This document shows, piece by piece, positions 49,269-58,173 of a stretch of 58,173 bases of DNA. The position numbers were made by a program, and so were the translations under genes. The stretch spans positions 1 to 58,173 of the forward strand of contig JAUCBJ010005115.1 in the NCBI GenBank assembly GCA_032718475.1, in the 5' to 3' direction. This stretch comes from Nemertoderma westbladi. Taxonomy: Eukaryota; Animalia; Xenacoelomorpha. Position 1 is the first letter of the stretch; the number at the start of each line of letters is the position of its first letter. The notes below the pieces were generated by a model. It did no database searches and had not been told where the DNA came from. It saw nothing but the letters and a program-made list of their open reading frames with translations.

Positions 49269-50507
49269 CTGTTCACCACTATGGGTGATCTTCCACAGTA
49301 AACCCTTCCACTTGTTTCCTAAAGGAATGCCTGTTCACCACAATGGGTGAGCTTCTATAATAAATCCTTCCACTTGTTTCCTAAAGGAATGCCTGTTCAC
49401 CACCATGGGTGATCTTCCACAGTAAACCCTTCCCCTCTGTTTCCCAAAGGAATGCCTGTTCACCACCATGGATGATCTTCCACAGTAAACACTTCCACTC
49501 TGTTTCCTAAAGGAATGCCTGTTCACCACCATGGATGATCTTCCACAGTAAACCCTTCCACTCTGTTTCTTAAAGAAATGCCTGATCATCACCATGGGCG
49601 ATCTTCCACAGTAAACCCCACCATTCCGTTTCCTAAAGGAATGCCTGTTCGCCACCATGGGTGATCTTCCACAGTAAACCCTTCCACTCTGTTTCCCAAA
49701 GGAATGCCTGTTCACCACCATGGGTGATCTTCCACAGTAAACCCTTCCACTCTGTTTCCCAAAGGAATGCTTGTTCACCACCATGGGTGATCTTCCACAG
49801 TAAACCCTTCCCCTCTGTTTCCCAAAGGAATGCCTGTTCACCACCATGGATGATCTTCCACAGTAAACACTTCCACTCTGTTTCCTAAAGGAATGCCTGT
49901 TCACCACCATGGATGATCTTCCACAGTAAACCCTTCCACTCTGTTTCCTAAAGAAATGCCTGATCATCACCATGGGCGATCTTCCACAGTAAACCCCACC
50001 ATTCCGTTTCCTAAAGGAATGCCTGTTCGCCACCATGGGTGATCTTCCACAGTAAACCCTTCCACTCTGTTTCCTAAAGGAATGCCTGTTCACCACCATG
50101 GGTGATCTTCCACAGTAAACCCTTCCACTCTGTTTCCCAAAGGAATGCCTGTTCACCACCATGGGTGATCTTCCACAGTAAACCCTTCCACTCTGTTTCC
50201 TAAAGAAATGCCTGATCATCACCATGGGCGATCTTCCACAGTAAACCCCACCATTCCGTTTCCTAAAGGAATGCCTGTTCGCCACCATGGGTGATCTTCC
50301 ACAGTAAACCCTTCCACTCTGTTTCCCAAAGGAATGCCTGTTCACCACTATGTGCGATCTTCCACAGTAAACCTTTCCCCTCTGTTTCCTAAAGGAATCC
50401 CTGTTCACCACCATGGGTGATCTTCCACAGTAAACCCTAGCACTCTGTTTCCTAAAGGAATGCCTGTTCATCACGATGGATGATCGTCCACAGTAAACTC
50501 CTCCACT
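49269..50507. repeat. 63-bp tandem repeat, about 20 copies
   Basis: Unit CTGTTCACCACCATGGGTGATCTTCCACAGTAAACCCTTCCACTCTGTTTCCTAAAGGAATGC. A variant pair recurs near 49572, 49950 and 50202. Confidence 0.96.
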
Positions 50508-50677
50508 TTGATTCCAAAGTTACCTTGTTTCCCATTTATCGGCCAGTCAATGATGAAAGCCTGGGTAGGGCTAGCCTAGGATGCAGCACTTAAAGCACAC
50601 CATCTAAGGATCGAACCGTATCGAACTTGGATCCTGATTGGAAGCCCAGAAATGTTACCACTAGACCAATCTGGTGC
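50508..50677 (-). mobile_element. tRNA-derived SINE (Gly-TCC-like head)
   Basis: Minus strand: A box TGGTCTAGTGG, loop CTTCCAA, duplicated B box (AGTTCGATAC, GGTTCGATCC), then a body CCCAGGCTTTCATC...CGATAAATGGG resembling conserved SINE central domains. Confidence 0.65.
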
Positions 50678-51144
50678 TTGGAGAAAATCTGTTAAGAAAG
50701 GTAAAATTTTAACAGTGCTTGTCTCTTCTCCAAACCATATATATATATATATTGTTTATTGACAATCGGTATAAGATATGTAAATAGATACAAACACCGC
50801 TCATTCCTTGGAGAACCAAAAGTCCAAATTGCACAGGCACAAGTGAAACTGAAACTATAGACAGCACCTACAGAGTAGGCCTATTCGTGAAACAATAAAT
50901 AAATGTCATTTATGAAATACACAACTACAATACAAAAAAAACAACTGCAAATAGATAAGTCATGGGCAAAACAACAAGAGTACATATGAAAACAATAACT
51001 AAATGTCATTAATTAAATAAACAAGAAACTATAACTAAATATGTCTGGGCAAAGCACAAAGGGTACATAGGAAACTATAATTAAATGTCATTAAATCGTC
51101 ATATCCCAGATGACCCAGATCATAAACCCAGATGACTACACAAA

Positions 51145-52528
51145 GTTGGAATGGGGATGATGGCATATATCCTAGGGGCGGGAGGACATGAAACCTCACC
51201 ACGGGGGTAAATCAGCCACTGCTAGACAAAAATACGGTCGTAAATACCGCGGTCGCCAACCTTCCGTCTGGGAGGATGAACTCCGGTTGCTCTGGAAGAT
51301 ATACAATATGAGTAAAATGCCTAAGATGACACATCACCAAGATTATTACCTACAAACTGAAACTCTAGTATTGGGTGGCATCGTGTTCCGATTCATAAGG
51401 GATGAGACCCTGGCGCAATGGAAAGTACTTCCTGTTGGGGAGAGCAAGAAAGATATCTGGGACATCGCGGAAAAGAAGGTAGCATTAGCGACACAGGAAC
51501 TACTGTATAACGAACCAGCAGTAACCAACGCGGTCAGACATTCAGTCCTTGGGCTTAGGCCTACCCAACCTAAACTTAAATATTGTGTGCTACTCTCCAA
51601 CTAGTGTTGCCCCTGTAGAGGAGGTGGAAAATTTCTACCACAATATACATGCAGCTACTGATGGAGTGGATCAGCATGGACAACGAAATCTGCCTTGCCG
51701 CGGCAAGACTGGTCCTCTCTGTTGCAACAGCCAAGTGTGAGATCCAGCTTCACACTACAGCTGAGCAACAGGTATGAGGTTCTTGCCTCTGAGGCGGCAG
51801 ATCACTGTGAGGGCTATACTGTGAGGGCAGTTCAGTTAGCAGCTGCAGAAACAGTTCCTGTATACCCTCGAAACAGGAAAAGGGCCCCCTGGACTGACAA
51901 CAAAATCCAGAAGTGCCGAAATGACCTATATAAGGCGCAGAAAGAGTCCCGACTCAAACAGACTACAGCGGCCAAGAACGCAGTTAAGGCTGCATCTAGG
52001 TCCCTGAACAGGCAGTACTCTGTTAATCTACAGGAGCTAATAAATCAACAGGTTGATGCCATCAATGATGCTGACGACAGCAGGCAATCATCCCAGGCAT
52101 GGAAATCGATCAACTTGCTTACTGGGCGGAAAAGCCAACCAACCACCAAGGTTAAGGCTGAATCACCAGCCGATCGCCTCAATGGTTGGAAGGCCCACTT
52201 TGAAAAGCTCCTCAATAATGACAGGGTATTGCCTGATAACTTTATAGAAGTTAAAGTGTCTGAGTCTGTACTCACGGCTTTCGCCGTGAGGACCAGCCAG
52301 TGCATAATCTTGTACTTTGGCAGCCTCATGGAGTAAATAAGCATGGTGGACAGCCCATGACTTTCTTGAGACGCATCTTAAAGGACACTTGCCTTGAAGA
52401 TGCGGATGATCTAGCAAATGTCATGGGTGGTAGGGAGTTGTGGCGGCGCAATTTTGTCGACAAGCCGGCACAGCATTCTTAAAAATGCAGCTGCAATGCA
52501 GCATGCCGATCCTAGTAGTAGTAGTAGT
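51145..52528 (+). mobile_element. Internally deleted RTE-type LINE (5' region, APE fragments, linker, 3' end, (TAG)n tail); RT absent
   Basis: LNIVCYSPTSVAPVEEVENFY (APE); LQLSNRYEVL...AWKSINLLTGRK...WKAHFEKLLN (linker). Jumps near 52270 to the 3' end homologous to 23590-23880 and ends TAGTAGTAGTAGTAGT. The 5' boundary is approximate. Confidence 0.85.
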
Positions 52529-53395
52529 GTCGGCGTATTCGTTACATTTGTCGCAACTGGAACTTTCATCGTATATTTCTTTTATTTCTTTTTTAATTTG
52601 GTACATGGTCTAGAACATTTAATAAATGTTCTAGAACTCTTATCAATAGAAATGGCAAAATAGCATAAAAAATAATAAATATAACAATTTTTAAATAATT
52701 TTCTTTTTTTGAAGAAAATAATTTTCTCGAAAATTTAAAGTTCTAGAACACGCAATATACGTTCTAGAACATTTATAAAAGGAACTGACAAAAAAGCTTG
52801 AAAATTTGTTGATAAAAAAACAACGAAATTGTTGGCACGGGCGGAACTGTTCCCATTTTTGGAATGAAACACTAGCTACCAACCAAAACACTAGCTAGTT
52901 CCATAGAAACTAAAATAAACATTGTATTTGTAAATTCATTAGCTACCAATGAAAATGCTAGGAAACTATAGTACGATAGAAACTAAAATAAACAATGTCT
53001 TAAATTTACAAAATTAAAATTTTTATAGCTATAATTTTTGTAAAAACCATAGCTACCATAAAAGTGTAGCGCCTTTCTGACAGGAAGATGGTAGCTAATA
53101 ATTTTGATTTTGTGTAAGCTTTTATTAGCTAGTAAAAAAATTAAAATTATAATTTAATGCTCAATTAAATTTGTCTGAAACTGTAGAAAGTAATTTTTAT
53201 TAGATAATCAGGGTAGCTAGTAATTATTTACTAGCTAGTTTTTTTTATACAAACTATAGAGTAAGGTAAATAAGGTCAATTATATACATTTGTTGTACAT
53301 TTTTTAAATACGGATTGTGTATAATGAACGATCCGTGTACTATTTAACTTATTTAAAAAAGTGATTTTTTTAAATATAATGATCTAGAAAAAAGA

Positions 53396-53937
53396 TATAG
53401 AAATACATTTTTAAAACATATATCATTGTTACTATGGCAACGTTGAAGAGTTCTAGAACAATAGACAAGTGTTATATAGTATTCTAGAACATAAATAAAA
53501 TAAAAAATATTATGTTCTAGAACATATAGCTAGTTTTTTTTTATTTAAAATAGCTAGTAAATAAAAATAAATTTTTTTTAGATTTTAAAATCGCTAGTAT
53601 ATTTAAAATAATATACAATATAAAGATTGTTAAAACAAATATTATACATTTAAATTGATATGAATAAAAGAGTTTTTGAATACAGAATGTTTCTAATTAG
53701 TTTGTTAATCTATTGGGTTTTGCATTTGATTGCCTTTAATAATTCATTGAATCCATTCAATTTTCCATTATGTATCTGACGTCTCCACAAGTATTCGATA
53801 AGTTTTTCAGATAATTTTTCATGATAGGCATTGCACTCCTTGCACCATGCTTTTGCGTCATATTATATTTTTTGTTTTAGAACTCTTCACTGTTGCCATG
53901 GTAACAATGATTTATGTTATAAAAATGTAGTTCTATA
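53396..53937. repeat. Inverted repeat with arms of about 64 bp carrying X-box-like GTTRCYATGGYAAC motifs, within an AT-rich TTCTAGAA-rich element
   Basis: 53396-53459 is the imperfect reverse complement of 53874-53937. Confidence 0.7.
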
Positions 53938-54552
53938 CGGATCTGTTACCAAAAGATATATTCTAGAACATTACTATTTTTCTTAATTGATATCTAACAT
54001 GTTCTAGAACATTTGCTGTCATGTAATATTAATAATCTATGGGTACGGTAGCCAAGGTCTTGTAATGCCAACATTTCCCAACGTTTGCGAAATTCGCCAA
54101 GAATCTGTCAGTTTCTGTTCCCTAATGTAAATTTGTCAATGTAAATTTGGTATATAATAACCATTAACCAGGGGTTTATCTGAATAAGAGTAGTAGGCCT
54201 GGAGAATGTGACTAGTGCGGTGAAAACATTGACCTACTGTTTTAAATATATAATAACACAGTGGGGTAATAGATCATAAGGAAACCAATTACATGCCACA
54301 TCTGCAGAAGTGTGTGTGTCATTCCATGTTCAGTACCCAGGGTTACCTAGGCGAACCATCAATAATAGGCCTACATTGCTTACTAATGTTACCATTTATT
54401 ATTAATATTATTATATACAGCGTGTCGAGCTATCTCTATGGGCCAAGGACAAGAAGTACATGCTCGCCGCATTCTGCAGCAGAACATACAGGAAGGAGGG
54501 TGGAGTCTTTTGCAGAATTGTCATCTTGGGCTGGACTTTATGGATGAAATGT

Positions 54553-55051
54553 TGGAAACCGTACGTATCTAAGTTCATATATACTATAACCTGGAAACCG
54601 TACGTATCTAAGTTCATCTATACTGTAACCTTGAAACTGTACGTAACTAAGTTCATCTATACTGTAACCTGGAAACCGTACGTATCTAAGTTCATCTATA
54701 CTGTAACCTGGAAACCGTACGTATCTAAGTTCATCTATACTGTAACCTGGAAACCATACGTATCTAAGTTCATCTATACTGTAACCTGGAAACTGTACGT
54801 ATCTAAGTTCATCTATACTGTAACCTGGAAACTGTACGTATCTAAGTTCATCTATACTGTAACCTGGAAACTGTACGTATCTAAGTTCATCTATACTGTA
54901 ACCTGGAAACTGTACGTATCTAAGTTCATCTATACTGTAACCTGGAAACTACGTATCTAAGTTCATCTATACTGTAACCTGGAAACCGTACGTATCTAAG
55001 TTCATCTATACTGTAACCTGGAAACTGTACGTATCTAAGTTCATCTATACT
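54553..55051. repeat. 39-bp tandem repeat, about 13 copies
   Basis: Unit TGGAAAC[CG/TG]TACGTATCTAAGTTCATCTATACTGTAACC; the last unit is truncated at 55051. Confidence 0.96.
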
Positions 55052-55153
55052 ATCGACCGTGTATCCCGCACCCTGACTAGTCAGGCTGTCAGGCCTATGA
55101 CAGTACTGCAGTCTGGCAGTAGGAATAGAAATATTCACCGAAATTTTCGATCA

Positions 55154-58100
55154 ATGCGTTGCTGCAAGTGCAATCGTAGCGGAACATGTCAAAACTGCCT
55201 CTGTTCTAAAAGGGGCATTAGTTGCATCGACTGCCTCCCAGGTAAAATCACGGAGTGTCGCAACCCCCACGCCCACGCCCGATCAGCGTCAATAGTGCGA
55301 GATTCTGCCTCGGGCAGTATCAACTTCCATCTCGAAGTGGAGCCCCAATTTGCAGCCTTTTCAACTGCCTACGCGGGGTCGCTCACAGATCCCCCGTTTC
55401 CAGCGGGTCCGCCATTGGATCCCTCGATCCCAGCGGGTCTGCAAACGGATCCCTCAACTACAGTGGAATCGATAACGGATTCCCTGACTCCACCAGGTCT
55501 GCCAACAGATCCCCCGACTTCAGCAGGTCTGCCAACGGATCTACCGACATCAGCGGGTCTGCCAACGGATCCACCGACTCCAGCCGGTCTGCCAACGGAT
55601 CCCTCGACCACAGCGGGTTCGACAACGGATTCCCCGACTCCACAGGGTCTGCCAACGGATCACCCGATTTCAGCGGGTCTATCAATGGATTCACCGTCTT
55701 CTGCGGGTCTGCCAACGGATTCCTCGACTATAGCGGGTTCGATAAGGGATCCCCGGACTCCACAGGGTCTGCCAACGGTTCCCCCGACTCCAGCGGGTTC
55801 GCCAACTGATCCCCCGACTTCAGCGGGTCTGCCAACGGATCCCGCGACTCCAGCGGGTCTGCCAATGGATCCCCCAACTTCAGCGGCTCTGCCAACGGAT
55901 CCCCCGACTCCAGCGAGTCTGCCAACGGATCGCCAGACTTCAGCGGGTCTGCCAACGGATCCCCCGACTTCAGCGGGTCTGCCAAAGGATCCCTCGTTTC
56001 CAGTGGGTCTGCCAACGTATCTGCCGACTTCAGTGGGTCTGCCAATGGATCCCCCGACTTCCGCAGGCCTGCCAACGGATCCCCCGACTCCGGTGGGTCT
56101 GCCAACGGATCCCCCGACCTCAACGGGTTCGCCAACGGATCCCCCGACTCCAGCGGGTCTGCCAACGGATCCCCTGACTTCAGCGGGTCTGCCAACGGAT
56201 CCCCCGACTCCGGTGGGCCTGCCAACGGATCCCCCGACTTCAACGGGTTTGCCAACGGATCCCCCGACTCCAGCGGGTCTGCCAACGAATCCCCCGACTC
56301 CAGCGGGTCTGCCAACGGATCCCCCGACTCCGGTGTGTCTGCCAACGGATCCCCCGACCTCAACGGGTTCGCCAACGGATCCCCCGACTCCTGCGGGTCT
56401 GCCAACGGATTCCCTGACTCCAGTGGGTCTGCCAACGTATCCCCCGACTTCAGTGGGTCTGCCAATGGATCCCCCGACTTCAGCGGGTCTGCCAACGGAT
56501 CCCCCGACTCCGGTGGGCCTGCCAACGGATCCACCGACTTCAACGGGTTCGCCAACGGATCCCCCGACTCCTGCGGGTCTGCCAACGGATTCCCTGACTC
56601 CAGTGGGTCTGCCAACGTATCCCCCGACTTCAGTGGGTCTGCCAATGGATCCCCCGACTTCAGCGGGTCTGCCAACGGATCCCCCGACTCTGGTGGGCCT
56701 GCCAACGGAACCCCCGACTTCAACGGGTTCGCCAACGGATCCCCCGACTCCAGCGGGTCTGCCAACGGATCCCCCGACTCCAGCGGGTCTGCCAACGGAT
56801 CCCCCAACGTCAACGGGTCTGCCAACGGATCCCCCGACTCCAGCGGGTCTGCCAACGGATCCCCCAACTCCTACGGGTCTGCCAACGGATCCCCCGACTT
56901 CAGCGGGTCTGCCAACGGATTCCCCGACTTCAGCGGGTCTGCTAACGGATCCCCCAACTCGTACGGGTTCCAAATTCAATGAGTTTTTATCTGTACCCAC
57001 TGAGTCTCGGATGCGTTTGGGGTCACGGATAACAGACTACTTTAAGGCGGGGGTTAGGGTTAACCATAACCATACCATTCCCATAATCCTCGAAACGCCA
57101 GGGAAATGTACCCCCACCATTTGCGAATGCAACACACTAGCATCCATGAACAAATCAGTGGAAGAGGTCGATGACCTCCACAATGATGCAAGTAGTGACT
57201 GTTACGAAGTTTACCCAGACGACTCTCAAACATATACACCCACTGAATTAAAAACTAATGTAGGACAATTTATTGCCGACATGAACTCTAAGCCACCTAA
57301 CTACCCGGTGCCCATACATAGTCATTTACATGAACTTACTAGTACAGAATATTTGAGCGATGACGTCATAGACTGCTTTTTAGGTTTAGTATCAAAGCAA
57401 TTTCCGCATGTTGCCACAGTTCTTACTCACGTAACATATAATTTGCGACGTGCTAACCATGACATTACAAGTCAGGTAAAATATGTCGCAAAACGTTACC
57501 TGGCTCCCCATGCCAAGAAACGTCCTGAGACATTATTCTTTCCTGAATGTATTGACGAACATTTTGTTTTACATGTAGCAAACTGTAAGTCCTCAACCAT
57601 CTGCACAGTTAATCCATTGGGCGATACGATGCCAACTAAAACAACGTTTGCAATCGCTGACCTACTAAATTTAATAGACTCAGTTGCTAATCCCTCAAGA
57701 AGCAAATGGTTGGTTAATATTTGCAATTTTAACTATCCAAAACAGGAAAATAATTTTGATTGTGGTGTTTATATATGCCTGTACGCTCTTGCGATCACTC
57801 ACGCGCTGCCAACAATCTCATCTATTCACTCAGAGAGTGAGGACGCACGACTCTGGCTATATAACTGTCTTGATAAGTACAAGTTAGTCCATCACGATCA
57901 AGTGACTTATGATCCATCATACTCACCCTGGGATATTGCAGCACCCAATACTGATTTTAATGTGGGAATCGAAAAAGACACAGATATAATATCTGACCAT
58001 TATGGCAAGGTTGAAACTCTGCATGGGGACAATCTAATAAATTTTTTAAGTCAGAAGACAGACCCACATGACTTTGTGAAGGCGTTGCGGTCTAGCAAGA

Positions 58101-58173
58101 TGTTACAGAATCCCAAGGATGACCTAATATCCACACTTAAACAATTGGGGTTTGATATACTCTCCAAACTTCA
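55154..58173 (+). CDS. Uninterrupted ORF of at least 1006 aa, open at the window end: Cys-rich N-terminus, LPTDPPTSAG repeats, Ulp1/C48-like cysteine protease; probably a transposable-element polyprotein
   Basis: Manual translation shows no stop from ATG 55154 to 58173. MRCCKCNRSGTCQNCLCSKRGISCIDCLPGKITECRN; EYLSDDVIDCFL; LFFPECIDEHFVLHV (His 57560); TVNPLG (Asn 57611); PKQENNFDCGVYICLYA (Gln 57743, Cys 57761). Confidence 0.85.
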   Translation, partial: MRCCKCNRSGTCQNCLCSKRGISCIDCLPGKITECRNPHAHARSASIVRDSASGSINFHLEVEPQFAAFSTAYAGSLTDPPFPAGPPLDPSIPAGLQTDPSTTVESITDSLTPPGLPTDPPTSAGLPTDLPTSAGLPTDPPTPAGLPTDPSTTAGSTTDSPTPQGLPTDHPISAGLSMDSPSSAGLPTDSSTIAGSIRDPRTPQGLPTVPPTPAGSPTDPPTSAGLPTDPATPAGLPMDPPTSAALPTDPPTPASLPTDRQTSAGLPTDPPTSAGLPKDPSFPVGLPTYLPTSVGLPMDPPTSAGLPTDPPTPVGLPTDPPTSTGSPTDPPTPAGLPTDPLTSAGLPTDPPTPVGLPTDPPTSTGLPTDPPTPAGLPTNPPTPAGLPTDPPTPVCLPTDPPTSTGSPTDPPTPAGLPTDSLTPVGLPTYPPTSVGLPMDPPTSAGLPTDPPTPVGLPTDPPTSTGSPTDPPTPAGLPTDSLTPVGLPTYPPTSVGLPMDPPTSAGLPTDPPTLVGLPTEPPTSTGSPTDPPTPAGLPTDPPTPAGLPTDPPTSTGLPTDPPTPAGLPTDPPTPTGLPTDPPTSAGLPTDSPTSAGLLTDPPTRTGSKFNEFLSVPTESRMRLGSRITDYFKAGVRVNHNHTIPIILETPGKCTPTICECNTLASMNKSVEEVDDLHNDASSDCYEVYPDDSQTYTPTELKTNVGQFIADMNSKPPNYPVPIHSHLHELTSTEYLSDDVIDCFLGLVSKQFPHVATVLTHVTYNLRRANHDITSQVKYVAKRYLAPHAKKRPETLFFPECIDEHFVLHVANCKSSTICTVNPLGDTMPTKTTFAIADLLNLIDSVANPSRSKWLVNICNFNYPKQENNFDCGVYICLYALAITHALPTISSIHSESEDARLWLYNCLDKYKLVHHDQVTYDPSYSPWDIAAPNTDFNVGIEKDTDIISDHYGKVETLHGDNLINFLSQKTDPHDFVKALRSSKMLQNPKDDLISTLKQLGFDILSKL
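55378..56970 (+). repeat. 30-bp coding tandem repeat, about 53 copies (CTGCCAACGGATCCCCCGACT[T/C]CAGCGGGT)
   Basis: No indels across 1.6 kb. A 180-bp higher-order duplication lies at 56341-56520 and 56521-56700. Confidence 0.96.

Noticed and set aside
49335-50474. 379-aa ORF with a 21-aa repeat
   Set aside because: Confined to the 63-bp array, with no unique domain and a non-ATG start; not supported as a gene.
50600-50677. Functional tRNA-Gly gene
   Set aside because: Imperfect anticodon stem, duplicated B box and continuation into a SINE-like body.
54460-54960. 166-aa ORF with [13 protein letters not shown] repeats
   Set aside because: Product of the 39-bp array; a 5-bp deletion in one unit breaks the frame.
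55255-57000. Tracked ORFs 55255+, 56335+, 55660- and 55728-
   Set aside because: Alternative frames of the 30-bp repeat. Only the frame from 55154 links an ATG, the Cys cluster and the protease.

Overview
AT-rich eukaryotic (animal, probably marine invertebrate; inference) genomic DNA dominated by transposable elements and satellites. Left to right: (1) an inverted, rearranged Penelope-like retroelement (GIY-YIG) at 1-1628; (2) an 11.9-kb LTR retrotransposon (1854-13769; TGT...ACA LTRs of about 1.2 kb, AGTCA target-site duplication) with BEL/Pao gag and protease, in-frame loss of RT and integrase, a degenerate extra 3' ORF, and no tRNA primer-binding site; the 12 nt at the PBS position are instead complementary to a site inside the LTR, as in Tf1-type self-priming; (3) LINE fragments, MITEs and a minisatellite carrying two nested insertions; (4) a two-exon THIK-type (KCNK12/13-like) two-pore K+ channel gene with a frameshift (25096-26469); (5) large tandem arrays with 6-, 64-, 20-, 63- and 39-bp units; (6) a tRNA-derived SINE and an internally deleted RTE-type LINE; (7) an uninterrupted ORF of at least 1006 codons from 55154 to the window end, absent from the ORF track, with a Cys-rich N-terminus, about 53 Pro/Thr-rich decapeptide repeats and a Ulp1/C48-type protease domain. 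All calls come from manual reading and translation; no database searches were run, and counts and identities are by-eye estimates.
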